DNA of 64,000 nucleotides from an uncultured Gammaproteobacteria bacterium (GCA_964641255.1 CAZXMM010000001.1:246973-310972), one strand, 5' to 3'; shown: positions 47,997 through 57,788, counted from the first letter of the stretch. Notes: generated by a model not told the origin, from the sequence alone. A program made the numbers and translations.

Positions 47997-48040
47997 TCCT
48001 TCCTTGCACAAGGCATAATATCTCACTACAATCTTCGGTA

Positions 48041-48706
48041 ATGACAATAACAGATCAACTCCTGGCTAATTCGCGGTTTCTTGAATTAATGAGGCTCAAC
48101 GAAGAAGTTGATGAGGCTCATGATTTGAGTCATTTTAAGCGGGTAACAAAGTATGCTTTAGAGATTGGCCAAGAAGAGGGTGCGGATTTAGAAATACTAG
48201 AAGCGGCCGGAATGTTGCACGATATAGCGAGAGGGCTAGAGACTTCAGGAAAGGTTACTGACCATCTTGTTGCTGGTGCAGAATTGACCACAGAAATACT
48301 TAGCGAATTAGAGTTCCCGCCAGAAAAAATTACCAGCGTTGCCTACGCGGTTTCAATTCATCAAAGAAGAGTAGGAACTGAGGCTAAAACTCTTGAGGCT
48401 AAGATTATTCAAGATGCTGATCTTCTAGATACTTTTGGTTTAATCTACGCCACGCGCTCTTTGGTCTGGGGGGTGCAATCAAAAAAATATAGGCGTCCTG
48501 TTTTTGTCGACGAACACCTTGAAAATTGGGACGACCGATACAAAAATCTCTCTACCATACATTATCTTTTGTACCGACTTAATGACCCACTCTACGATCC
48601 CAAAACACTTCACACTTCAAAGGCACAATCGTTGGCTACAGAGAAGAAGAAACTACTTCATGAATTTGTATCAAATTTTATTAAAGAAGCCAGGGGACAA
48701 ATTTAA
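48041..48706 (+). CDS. HD-domain phosphohydrolase
   Basis: H...HDIAR...D pattern; 221 aa. Confidence 0.7.
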   Translation: MTITDQLLANSRFLELMRLNEEVDEAHDLSHFKRVTKYALEIGQEEGADLEILEAAGMLHDIARGLETSGKVTDHLVAGAELTTEILSELEFPPEKITSVAYAVSIHQRRVGTEAKTLEAKIIQDADLLDTFGLIYATRSLVWGVQSKKYRRPVFVDEHLENWDDRYKNLSTIHYLLYRLNDPLYDPKTLHTSKAQSLATEKKKLLHEFVSNFIKEARGQI

Positions 48707-48715
48707 CTTTTAGTT

Positions 48716-49288
48716 ATGGATAGTAAATATGTATCTCGTGGTGGAACCAAACTTGAGCACGCCCTAAGGGAATTTAACCTAAAGTGTACGGGACTCATTT
48801 GCTTTGATATTGGCAGTTCCACCGGCGGATTTGTTGATTGTCTCCTCCAACAGGGGGCTATAAAAGTTTACAGTCTAGATACTGCTTACGGAGAACTTGC
48901 CTGGAAACTTCGCCAAGACGAACGAGTGGTAGTAATGGAGAAAACAAATATTCTTCACTTTACTGATTTTCCAGCTCCAGTTGATTTGGTAACTATTGAT
49001 GTAACCTTTACTCCTCTTAAAAAGATCCTTCCGGTAGCCAAAAACTTTCTTAAGGAGGGGGGGAAAGTGGTTGCCCTTCTTAAGCCCCAGTATGAAGATC
49101 AAAAAGTTGCCATGAAGCACAAAAATAGAGGAGTAGTACCGAGCGAAGATCGTGATAAGATACTAGCTGATAGCCTTAAAGCTATTGCTGCTTTAGGATG
49201 GGTAATTGAAAACCAAACTACCTCACCTATTACTGGAACTGGAGGAAACACTGAGTACCTTGTACTGCTTAGTCAAGTGTCACCATGA
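48716..49288 (+). CDS. tlyA: TlyA-like FtsJ-type rRNA 2'-O-methyltransferase (no S4 domain)
   Basis: YVSRGGTKLEHAL...CFDIGSSTGGFVDCLLQQGA...VYSLD. Confidence 0.75.
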   Translation: MDSKYVSRGGTKLEHALREFNLKCTGLICFDIGSSTGGFVDCLLQQGAIKVYSLDTAYGELAWKLRQDERVVVMEKTNILHFTDFPAPVDLVTIDVTFTPLKKILPVAKNFLKEGGKVVALLKPQYEDQKVAMKHKNRGVVPSEDRDKILADSLKAIAALGWVIENQTTSPITGTGGNTEYLVLLSQVSP

Positions 49289-49953
49289 GAATAACAAAGC
49301 TTGAGTATCAAAAAGACGACCCTAGTAGAGTCAGTGTTTTCATTGATGGTAAGTTTGCCGTGGGGCTTAACACCAATGACGTTTTGACTTTAAAAATTTA
49401 TCAGAATAAGGAAATTACTCCCGAAGAATTCACTGCTCTACTCTCCGTCAGCGAATTGGGGAGACTTTTTAATGACGCTCTTAGTTTTCTTAGTTTCCGG
49501 CCCAGAAGCGAATGGGAAATCCGAAATCATTTAAGTAAAAAGAATCAAGTGGCTAAAGCAAAGGGCAAAGGTAAAGAAGATGGGGCGTTAAATGCGTACA
49601 TTGACCAAATTATTGACAAACTGACCGCCATGGGGCAGGTAAATGACAAAGCCTTCACCGAGTGGTTTCTGGATCAGCGCCAGAGTTTTAAGCCCAAAGG
49701 CAAAAGAGCGCTTGTTTTTGAACTCAGTCAAAAGGGCGTAGCTAGGCGAATTGTTGAAGAGGTGTTAGAAGACCGGGAAACCTTGGGTACAGCTGTCTCC
49801 GAGCTGTCACAGGCCACCATTTTGGCAGAAAAGAAGTTTGGGGGTAAGCTACTGGTAGAACAAAAAGCGAAATTGGCGCGTTTTTTGAGTAGCCGGGGAT
49901 ACGGCTGGGATGTGATTTCTGAAGTGATAGCAAAACTTGCTAAAAAGGAGTAG
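49285..49953 (+). CDS. recX: Regulatory protein RecX
   Basis: RecX-like three-repeat helical protein; 4-nt overlap with upstream gene; near recA. Confidence 0.7.
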   Translation: MRITKLEYQKDDPSRVSVFIDGKFAVGLNTNDVLTLKIYQNKEITPEEFTALLSVSELGRLFNDALSFLSFRPRSEWEIRNHLSKKNQVAKAKGKGKEDGALNAYIDQIIDKLTAMGQVNDKAFTEWFLDQRQSFKPKGKRALVFELSQKGVARRIVEEVLEDRETLGTAVSELSQATILAEKKFGGKLLVEQKAKLARFLSSRGYGWDVISEVIAKLAKKE

Positions 49954-50107
49954 AATAATCACTAGAAACATTATTATATTTTTAATTTTTTCGCAGGTAA
50001 ATGAGAAATTATCGTGAAGGATTTCTAGGCTACGTGATCCAGCTCCCCAGCTAGTGCTCGGGTAGTTTTTCCTTCTCTTTTTCCCACTTCTCTGCAGACT
50101 GACTCAT

Positions 50108-51646
50108 ATGTCCTTTTTTTCACGGATTACTAGAACCATTAATAAAAAGCCGAGTAGTTTCCAGGCGAAGAGGCCACCGGTTAACGAACCCAGCCTCAAA
50201 GTTACTAAAGCAGCTAAAGGAGGGGCCCCAACTCCTCAAGTTGATCAGGTAGAAGCGCAGCGACTTATTTTTGAAGCTCAAACTCAGGCTAGAGACATCG
50301 TCTTTAGTGCTAAAGAAGAAGCGATTAAGCTTAAGACTGCAGCTGAGCAGGAAAGTCGCCACTTAAGAGAAGAAGTAGTCGCGTTAGAAAAACGTATTGT
50401 TCAAAAAGAAGAGACACTTGATACACGTTTGAAAGCGACTCTCGCAAAAGAGGCGGAACTTACTACGCTGGGTGAAGAACTAGAAAAACTCAAACAAGAA
50501 CAACTAGTAAAGCTGCAAAAAATTGCCAATCTTTCCCTTGAGGAAGCCAAAGAAAAGATTCTTGCTGCAGTAGAGGAGAAAAGTCGTAACGAGGCTGGGA
50601 AAATTATTCGAGATGTTTTAGATGCAGCTAAAGTTGAAGCGGCCAAAAAAGCCAGAGAGATCCTGGTTTCCGAAATGTTGCATGGGGCGACTGATTACGT
50701 TGCTGAATACACCGTTTCCACAATTAATGTCGCTAGCGAAGAGGTCAAGGGACGGATCATTGGTAAGGAGGGACGCAATATTAGAGCGTTCGAGCAAGCG
50801 ACCGGAGTCGATGTCAACTTTGATGAAGAGGGAGTCATTAGGCTTTCTTGCTTTGATTCAGTAAGACGCGAAATCGCCCGAGTGGCTTTAGAGCGACTTA
50901 TTAAGGACTCTCGTATCCAGCCTAGCCGTATCGAAGAGGTGGTAAATCAAGTTAAAAAAGAAGTAGAACGGATCATGTTTGAAGAAGGGGAAAAGCTCTG
51001 TCATATGGTGGGTGTTTACAATCTTCCCAGGCCTATCATGGAGGTTTTGGGTAAATTTAAGTACCGTTTCTCCTATGGTCAAAATATGATTGTTCATACC
51101 CTCGAAGAGACCAAACTGGGTATTGCTCTTGCCCAAGAAGTAGGAGCTGATGTTAATGTGGTGAGACTGGGTTGTCTGCTTCATGACATTGGGAAAGTCA
51201 TTGAGTCAGAAGAGGGGTCTCATGTTACTCTCGGTGCGCAATATTTGCGCAAGATGGGACTACCCGAAAATGTCGTGGCGTGTGTTGAAGAGCACCATGA
51301 AGATAGACCTTTCTCTTCAGTGGAGTCCATGCTTGTTTATCTTGGTGACGCCATTTCTGGTAGCCGGCCAGGGGCCCGCTACGAGGATGTGGGAAAATAT
51401 CTGGAGCGCATGAAGCAGCTCGAAGATCTTTGCCGCAGTTTTGACGGAGTCAATGAGGCTTGGGTATTCCAAGCCGGTCGCGAAATTAGGGTCCTAACGA
51501 GTCCTGAAAAGATGACTGACAACGAGACGGCAGTTCTAGCACAGAAGATTCGGGAAAAGATCGAACTAGAAGTCAAAGATTTTCCTGGTCAGATAAAAGT
51601 GACTGTCATTCGTGAGCTTCGAGTCACTCAAACGACTCGGAGTTAG
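50108..51646 (+). CDS. rny: Ribonuclease Y (KH plus HD domains), apparently lacking the N-terminal TM anchor
   Basis: Coiled-coil region, KH motif IIGKEGRNIRAFEQATGV, HD motif LLHDIGK; N-terminus is basic and hydrophilic rather than hydrophobic. Confidence 0.85.
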   Translation: MSFFSRITRTINKKPSSFQAKRPPVNEPSLKVTKAAKGGAPTPQVDQVEAQRLIFEAQTQARDIVFSAKEEAIKLKTAAEQESRHLREEVVALEKRIVQKEETLDTRLKATLAKEAELTTLGEELEKLKQEQLVKLQKIANLSLEEAKEKILAAVEEKSRNEAGKIIRDVLDAAKVEAAKKAREILVSEMLHGATDYVAEYTVSTINVASEEVKGRIIGKEGRNIRAFEQATGVDVNFDEEGVIRLSCFDSVRREIARVALERLIKDSRIQPSRIEEVVNQVKKEVERIMFEEGEKLCHMVGVYNLPRPIMEVLGKFKYRFSYGQNMIVHTLEETKLGIALAQEVGADVNVVRLGCLLHDIGKVIESEEGSHVTLGAQYLRKMGLPENVVACVEEHHEDRPFSSVESMLVYLGDAISGSRPGARYEDVGKYLERMKQLEDLCRSFDGVNEAWVFQAGREIRVLTSPEKMTDNETAVLAQKIREKIELEVKDFPGQIKVTVIRELRVTQTTRS

Positions 51647-51659
51647 TTTTTAAAACCCT

Positions 51660-52541
51660 ATGCGCATTCTTGGGAAAAAAATCGCTTTGGTTTTTAGTGT
51701 GGTTTTATTACTTATCTTGAGTGTTTTTGTTGTCAAACTTTCATTTTTTGATAAAGAGCCAACACTAGCGGCGATACAGGTTGACTCGTTCCCCAGGGCT
51801 GAAGTTCTCATAAACGGCCGTAAAGTAGGGACTACCCCGTACACTCAAGAAAAAATGACGGTGGGAGAATATCATGTTCGGTTAATTCCCATTGGCAGCG
51901 GTGGGACTTTTTACATCTGGGAAGGAAAAGTACCACTGTTTGGCGGGGGACTTACTTACATCAGTCGTGATTTAGGCAGCACTCCTAGTAACGGTGCTGG
52001 TCAAATGCTTTACCAGCGGCGGGGAGTAAACTCTTCGACGGGCGAACTAATCGTGGTCTCTACTCCGGATGGGGCACAGGTGGCGGTTGATGGGATAGTC
52101 AAAGGTAAAGCTTCAACGATAATTAAAAACCTTGACCGAGGCAATCACGACATCACTATCACGTTGACCGGTTTTGCCGACCAGATAGTGCCAGCTAAGA
52201 TCGAGCCCGGTTACCGCTTACATGTTTTTGTTGATCTGGCCCCCCTCCAGCTTGATTTTTTAGCTGCTGACGGTTCAGCCTCAGCTAGGCCTACAGCTGA
52301 TTTGCTTGACCCGTCTATTGCTACCTCTGGTGGTCTAGTTAAACCGTACGTAGTAATACTGGATACCCCACTGGGATTTCTTAGGCTTCGAAAGGACCCC
52401 TTCATCACTAGTCCGGAAATTGGCCAGGTGCTTCCCAAGGAACAGTTTCCACTTTTAAATGAGGAGTCTGGTTGGGTAAGGATTAAGCGGGCGAGTGATT
52501 CTGGTTGGGTGAGTGATCAATATGTAGAAGTGATCAAGTAG
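51660..52541 (+). CDS. Membrane-anchored PEGA-domain protein with C-terminal SH3b-like domain
   Basis: N-terminal TM; two PEGA-like repeats (VLINGRKVGTTPY; VAVDGIVKGKAST); C-terminal GWVRIKRASDSGWV. Confidence 0.55.
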   Translation: MRILGKKIALVFSVVLLLILSVFVVKLSFFDKEPTLAAIQVDSFPRAEVLINGRKVGTTPYTQEKMTVGEYHVRLIPIGSGGTFYIWEGKVPLFGGGLTYISRDLGSTPSNGAGQMLYQRRGVNSSTGELIVVSTPDGAQVAVDGIVKGKASTIIKNLDRGNHDITITLTGFADQIVPAKIEPGYRLHVFVDLAPLQLDFLAADGSASARPTADLLDPSIATSGGLVKPYVVILDTPLGFLRLRKDPFITSPEIGQVLPKEQFPLLNEESGWVRIKRASDSGWVSDQYVEVIK

Positions 52542-52568
52542 GTAGGAAGAAGACGGGGAGGCTGCTAA

Positions 52569-53519
52569 CTACTTTCCAATCACGTACACAATGAGAAACA
52601 GAGCCACACCCAAGACCAACGCGGTAATGACTAGGGGTCTATCACTCAGGAGTACTTTCTCGGGAGACTCGCCCTCATTTTTCTCATAGATCAGTTGCAG
52701 GTAACGCATAATGCCGTAAATGACTATAGGAATTGTAAGCATCAGCCATTTACGTTCCTGAAAAAGATAGAGGGTACTTTCATCAAAGAGTAGATCGCCG
52801 ATAGTTTTTCTCAGAACTGGAGGTTGTTGCAGGAAACTGTAAAAAGCGTAAGTTAACCAAGTAGAATTAGCAAACATCGAGATATAGACGTCTAGCATTT
52901 TTTCACTATAGTGATTAAGAGTAGTTCGCGTTTTTGAAGGGATAGCTCCGTGCCAACCAGAGAGGAGAGTTAATTCCGAGCGGCGTTTGCCAATGGCAAT
53001 GAAAAGTGCTCCGGAAATGACGGTGTAGAACAGCCAGATATCGATATGATAGCCAGTGGCCACTTCTCCCGCGAAGACTCTCAGCAGAAATCCGGCGGCA
53101 ATAGCAAAAATATCTAAGAGAATGATATTTTTGAGATAGAAGGAATAAGAGACCTGGAGGGCAAAATAAACAAGGACAATGATCACAAACGATGACGAAA
53201 CTAATGTTCCCAAAAAAAGGGCCAGTGCAGTCAGAATAACGGTAGCTAAAATTCCGGTCCGGCGGGATAGTTTCCCTGACGCTAGTGGCCGATTTTTTTT
53301 AAAGGGATGGAGTCGGTCCTTATCAATATCAGCCAGGTCGTTAACAATGTAAATTGCTGATGAAGTGGCACAAAAGGAAAGGAAGGCCAAGATAGTACTT
53401 CCCAGGAGAGTAAGATCAAGGAGTTGGCCGCTGAAAAAAATTGCCGCGAAAACTGCCCCATTCTTTATCCATTGCCGCGGTCTAATTTCTTTAAAAAGGT
53501 AGAAGAGTGTTTGAGCCAT
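52569..53519 (-). CDS. UbiA-family prenyltransferase (decaprenyl-phosphate phosphoribosyltransferase-like)
   Basis: NDLADIDKDRLHP Asp-rich motif; 8-9 TM segments. Confidence 0.7.
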   Translation of the reverse strand: MAQTLFYLFKEIRPRQWIKNGAVFAAIFFSGQLLDLTLLGSTILAFLSFCATSSAIYIVNDLADIDKDRLHPFKKNRPLASGKLSRRTGILATVILTALALFLGTLVSSSFVIIVLVYFALQVSYSFYLKNIILLDIFAIAAGFLLRVFAGEVATGYHIDIWLFYTVISGALFIAIGKRRSELTLLSGWHGAIPSKTRTTLNHYSEKMLDVYISMFANSTWLTYAFYSFLQQPPVLRKTIGDLLFDESTLYLFQERKWLMLTIPIVIYGIMRYLQLIYEKNEGESPEKVLLSDRPLVITALVLGVALFLIVYVIGK

Positions 53520-54580
53520 AATATCAGGGCGACCACCGCGACCGCAACGACAACAATGGCAAAGAATTTTTGCGTTGCGTTCACCGAGAGTGCGATCACT
53601 GCTAATATAGCAGATACTCCCCAGTAGAACAAGGCAATATGAGCTTTACTGACTCCAACTGCCAATAGTCGGTGATGGAGAAAACTTCTTGTCCCTAGGG
53701 TAGGATTCTTACCTTGGAGAATTTGCCCGAGTTTAACGTAGAGCGAATCAACGATAGGTATACCAAGGACCAAGATTGCCGTGCCAATTTTGGCAGTGGA
53801 TAATATGGCTAGGGTTGCCAGTAAATAACCGGCTAAGGACTTGCCTCCATAGCCAGGCATGATTTTTTGGGGAAAAAAGTTCCAGGGCATAAAGCCGAAA
53901 TAGATTCCCGCAGTGATGAAGGCTAAAGTTGTACCGGTCCAAGCAGGAAAGTTGGCGATAGAGATTTGGGTAAAGGAGAGGAGCCCAATGGTAAAGGCGG
54001 CTATAGTGACGAACCCAGGTAGTTGGCCGTCAACTCCCCCACTCCAGCCGACCATGTTCATGGTCCAGCTGATCCAGAGAATAGCTATTAAGTCAGCAAT
54101 CGGTAAAATGCTGTGTTCTCCCATAAAGACAAAAGTCCACCGGATACTATCGAGATGGATAACTCCACCGGTTAGGGGATTAGTGATAAACGGTATCCCA
54201 GCCCCTCCAGCTACTGCGAGGCTAGCGGCAATGATATTGGTGGCTAGTCGAAGATAGGGGTGGACATCGTGGTAGTCATCAATTAATCCAACAATAGCCA
54301 GAATAAGGGCCCCGAGCAAAATTCCCGCCAGTTCCTTAGTAATGGGAATAAAAATTAAACAGGTGACAACTAGCCCGGAGATAAGTGCCAATCCTCCCGC
54401 TCGAGGAACAACCCGAGTTTCTGTGTGTGCTGGATGGGGTCTAATGGCTGGGTCGTCGACGAGTCGGAAATACTTGGCGATTTCGATAACCGCCGGTAGT
54501 GTTATGGTGGTGATTAGTGCAGCTACTACAAAAGGTATCAAAGCTATGTTGCGAAAAATTGGGAAAATTAGCTCAAACAT
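53465..54580 (-). CDS. Polyprenyl-phosphate N-acetylhexosamine-1-phosphate transferase (MraY/WecA family, GT4)
   Basis: Multi-TM; VGLIDDYHDV motif; 371 aa; 55-nt overlap with the downstream UbiA-like gene. Confidence 0.7.
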   Translation of the reverse strand: MFELIFPIFRNIALIPFVVAALITTITLPAVIEIAKYFRLVDDPAIRPHPAHTETRVVPRAGGLALISGLVVTCLIFIPITKELAGILLGALILAIVGLIDDYHDVHPYLRLATNIIAASLAVAGGAGIPFITNPLTGGVIHLDSIRWTFVFMGEHSILPIADLIAILWISWTMNMVGWSGGVDGQLPGFVTIAAFTIGLLSFTQISIANFPAWTGTTLAFITAGIYFGFMPWNFFPQKIMPGYGGKSLAGYLLATLAILSTAKIGTAILVLGIPIVDSLYVKLGQILQGKNPTLGTRSFLHHRLLAVGVSKAHIALFYWGVSAILAVIALSVNATQKFFAIVVVAVAVVALILWLKHSSTFLKKLDRGNG

Positions 54581-55035
54581 TAACTCATTAAGTTAACAAT
54601 TCTAAACGTGGTGATAGCGGCTAAAATGGCGACTAACGAGGCGATGCCCACCAAAATATAGGCAGCGATTTTATCTCGGCTATGTAATGACGTAGCCAGT
54701 CCAAAGTTTATAAGTCCAATAGTCAGGGCTCCGCCAAGAGGAAGATAAATTAATTGATTTCTGGCCACCTGCAGTTCTCCCCAGGGCCGGCTGTAAAAAA
54801 GGGGAATTTCCAGGGGGAGATTGGTTTGGGCGAGAGCTGTAAAGATAACTACTGTTGCTAGAGGGAGAATCCAGCCAACAAAGGCACTGATCATTAACCG
54901 ATCTTTAGTAGCGCTTTCTGACCAACTGGAAAATCGCTCTCGCGTCTTATTGAGAGAGTAAAATTGTTTAGGTATCTCCGTTTTGGGAGTAATGATTTCG
55001 AACCGGAAAGTGTCTTTTCGATTGGAAGTGGCCAT
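54580..55035 (-). CDS. Small hypothetical membrane protein
   Basis: 151 aa, 3-4 TM segments. Confidence 0.4.
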   Translation of the reverse strand: MATSNRKDTFRFEIITPKTEIPKQFYSLNKTRERFSSWSESATKDRLMISAFVGWILPLATVVIFTALAQTNLPLEIPLFYSRPWGELQVARNQLIYLPLGGALTIGLINFGLATSLHSRDKIAAYILVGIASLVAILAAITTFRIVNLMS

Positions 55036-55041
55036 AGTGCT

Positions 55042-57192
55042 TTAGTCCAATTTACCGTAAATTCGCCGAATCCCGGCAGCCACAGATTCCTCTTTAATTA
55101 TATGAAACTTCCCCATATGTAAGGTATATTCAACGTGAGGGCCACCGCAAATTTCTCTACTCACTACATTACCACCACTATCGCTAAAGGTGTAAACCGT
55201 GACTTTGTCAGGATACCTTTCTTTAAAGAAAGCCAGCGCTCCCTTTTTAAGAGCCTCATTGTAGTCCATTGTTTCAACGGTGCGAACGAGATTTTTCTCA
55301 ATTTGCTCATTCACAAAATCCTCCACTGCTTTTACTTGTTCAGGCGTTAGTTTTTCTCCATGAGAGAAGTCAAAACGAAGCCGCTCGGCAGTAAGATTGG
55401 ACCCTTCTTGACGAATGTGGGGTCCCAGCACTTTCCTTAGTCCAGCTTGCAAAAGGTGAGTAGCACTGTGGTACCTAGTAACAATTTCGGAATGATCAGC
55501 TAGCCCTCCTTTAAATTTACCTTCAGTGGCTGATCTTGAAAGAAGTCGATGTTCATTAATCAGTTTTTCTAATCCGGCAGTATCAATGGCCAATCCTTTA
55601 TCATTCATTATTTCTTGAAGTATTTCGATAGGTACTCCATAAGTTGTTATAAATTTAAATGCCCAATATGAATTGAGCGTAATTTTATGATATCGAAAGC
55701 TGTTGATAAGTTCACGAAATCTTGTTTCATCATCTTTTGAAATTATAATTGGTTTTTTTATCTCTTCGAGATTGGTTGAGTAGGGTTTCCCTCCGTTTTT
55801 CGTATATAGCTGGTACAATTCTATTAGACGGTCACGTTGTTCCTCCACAATAAAAGTGTTAATGACGCCCTCTTTAGTGGCAAGTAACGAAAGATTGGAA
55901 AAAAAGGAATTTTTTGTCAGAAAATCGACTGTTTTTTGAACTTCGTATACTTCTTCGATTTCCTTCATTATCACTGAGGGAATATCTTTTGGAGTTTTAT
56001 TTATTGCCGCGATTAGAGGAGTGATTTTTTCAATTTCGTTCATGCCTTTGGCTAATGAATTCCTGAACTTATCTTCTTCCTCCCTTAATATATTTTTAAT
56101 CAGTTCTTGGTTATTAAGTAACTCAGGATACACGACTTTGTAAATAGCAATATTGCTGTCGGCAATAATTGGAGTGAATGAGTCTTGAATTTGTAGCTCT
56201 CTTGCAAAACGGATCGAACGCCTGATTAGTCTTCGTAAAATGTAGCCACGGTCCACGTTAGAGGGTCTTACGCCTTCTGAAATAAGAAATACTGATGATT
56301 TAATATGGTCGGCAATAACACGAAACATAAGGGTGACTCTTTCATCTTTACCATATTTTTTACCAGATATTCTTTCTAACTCTTGAATGTTTTTATAGTG
56401 GATGTCAGTGAGATAGAAATCCGGATTGTCATTTAAGACAGATAGGGTTCGTTCAAATCCACCACCAAAGTCAACATTTTTCTGAGAGAGTTCGGTCAAA
56501 TCTCCGTTTTCTTGTTTTTGATATTGTATGAAGACTGAATTACCAATTTCTAAAAACCTACCACAGTCACAATTAGGATGACATTCGTCATTAGAGAACT
56601 TTGACGTTTCATGTATCTTTCTATCTTGGCCAAAGTCATAAAAAACTTCTGAATCAGGACCACCTATTTCTCCTACGGGCATTTCCGATGGGGTTCCACT
56701 TCTAGACCACCAATTTTTTCTAAAATCATAATAATGAATCCGATTTTCTGGGATTCCTAGAGATTTCCATATTTTTTCGGATTCCTCATCTTTTGGAACG
56801 CTAGCGCTCCCTTTGAAACAAGATACATGCAACTTCTTTAAGGGGATACTGAGGACTTTAGTCAAATACTCTAGATACCAACTGAGTTGTTCATTTTTAA
56901 AATAATCTCCTAACGACCAGTTACCATACATTTCGAAAAAAGTATCATGGCGATTGTCTCCCACCTCTTCAATGTCTTGTCCTCGGAAGCATTTCTGAAT
57001 ATCTACCAGTCTAGTGCCTAGCGGATGGGGTTGGCCAAGAAGATACGGAATCAAAGGCTGCATGCCCGAGCCGGTAAAAAGTGTGGTAGGGTCGTTGTCA
57101 GGAACCAGTGAACTCGAATGAATATGCACGTGGTTTCTGGGGGCCTCCTGCCAAAACTTGAAATATTTATCGCGCAATTCTAAATGTGTCAT
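55042..57192 (-). CDS. alaS: Alanine--tRNA ligase, short form lacking C-terminal C-Ala domain
   Basis: Catalytic core (FTGSGMQPLIPY, FEMYGNWSLGDYF); editing domain HSATHLL...HxxxH...CGGPHV; start moved to the ATG at 57190-57192 (ORF track starts at a TTG at 57222). Confidence 0.9.
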   Translation of the reverse strand: MTHLELRDKYFKFWQEAPRNHVHIHSSSLVPDNDPTTLFTGSGMQPLIPYLLGQPHPLGTRLVDIQKCFRGQDIEEVGDNRHDTFFEMYGNWSLGDYFKNEQLSWYLEYLTKVLSIPLKKLHVSCFKGSASVPKDEESEKIWKSLGIPENRIHYYDFRKNWWSRSGTPSEMPVGEIGGPDSEVFYDFGQDRKIHETSKFSNDECHPNCDCGRFLEIGNSVFIQYQKQENGDLTELSQKNVDFGGGFERTLSVLNDNPDFYLTDIHYKNIQELERISGKKYGKDERVTLMFRVIADHIKSSVFLISEGVRPSNVDRGYILRRLIRRSIRFARELQIQDSFTPIIADSNIAIYKVVYPELLNNQELIKNILREEEDKFRNSLAKGMNEIEKITPLIAAINKTPKDIPSVIMKEIEEVYEVQKTVDFLTKNSFFSNLSLLATKEGVINTFIVEEQRDRLIELYQLYTKNGGKPYSTNLEEIKKPIIISKDDETRFRELINSFRYHKITLNSYWAFKFITTYGVPIEILQEIMNDKGLAIDTAGLEKLINEHRLLSRSATEGKFKGGLADHSEIVTRYHSATHLLQAGLRKVLGPHIRQEGSNLTAERLRFDFSHGEKLTPEQVKAVEDFVNEQIEKNLVRTVETMDYNEALKKGALAFFKERYPDKVTVYTFSDSGGNVVSREICGGPHVEYTLHMGKFHIIKEESVAAGIRRIYGKLD

Positions 57193-57388
57193 ACCAACAA
57201 AAAAACTCGTCTGTGTAACCAAATACTCACTTTGGGTTACAAGGACGAGTCAAACTCGTGGTACCACCTTGTTTTACCCTCCAAAGCCTTGGCGACGGAG
57301 GGCCTCTCTTGTCTAATTTATACAGTAGACCTCTGTAAAGCTCCCGGGGTGGCCTTTCCTGACAGGAATTCTTCCCGATCAACGCTCA
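57193..57388 (-). promoter_or_regulatory. T-box riboswitch leader upstream of alaS (candidate Ala specifier GCC)
   Basis: Minus strand reads ...CAAGG-UGGUACC-ACGAG-UUUGA-CUCGU-CCUUG..., the canonical antiterminator with 7-nt UGGNACC bulge (+57255..57270); overlapping long terminator hairpin plus U7 (+57199..57250); upstream stem GGAGGG/CCCUCC; possible specifier ...GAAAG-GCC-A. Confidence 0.7.
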
Positions 57389-57394
57389 CCCTGT

Positions 57395-57423
57395 ATTGTA
57401 CGCCCCCTGGGACCCGTGGTCAA
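57395..57423 (-). promoter_or_regulatory. Sigma70-like promoter for the alaS leader: -35 TTGACC, 17-nt spacer, -10 TACAAT
   Basis: Read on the minus strand; the -35 overlaps the stop of the upstream YtxH-like gene. Confidence 0.55.
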
Positions 57424-57424
57424 A

Positions 57425-57778
57425 TTATTTTGTTTTTTTACTGCTTGCCACCACCCGGGCTTTTTTGAGGGGGATAGTCTCAATCTGAGGGGGGAGGATT
57501 TTACCTTCCTGTACGTCAGTTGGCCTCGTTTGGGGAGCGGTAGCCTCTGAGATCAGCAGTTTGACGTCATCAAGGAGACTTGCTGGCAGGTCCTGCAAAA
57601 GACCTTTTGAGTTTTGCACCATATCATCGACGGTAGTAAAGACTCCGGGGAGCTTGTTACGCAAATCCCTGCGCACCTTTTTACCTTCTTCCGTTCCAAA
57701 AAGAAATGCGGCGGCAACACCAAGAGTAGCACCGGCAATTATTCCGCCTAACAGTGGGAGCCGTTTGTCTATTGCCAT
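57425..57778 (-). CDS. YtxH-like small membrane/stress protein
   Basis: N-terminal GGIIAGATLGVAAAFLF glycine-zipper TM followed by a charged helical region. Confidence 0.5.
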   Translation of the reverse strand: MAIDKRLPLLGGIIAGATLGVAAAFLFGTEEGKKVRRDLRNKLPGVFTTVDDMVQNSKGLLQDLPASLLDDVKLLISEATAPQTRPTDVQEGKILPPQIETIPLKKARVVASSKKTK

Positions 57779-57788
57779 AGGAGAAAGC

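Noticed and set aside
48000-48012. CCTTG-ca-CAAGG palindrome after recA as terminator
   Set aside because: Short 5-bp stem with no U-tract; insufficient for an intrinsic terminator call.
57184-57468. 94-aa plus-strand ORF
   Set aside because: Lies antisense across the alaS T-box leader and promoter, which have strong structural signatures; no coding features.
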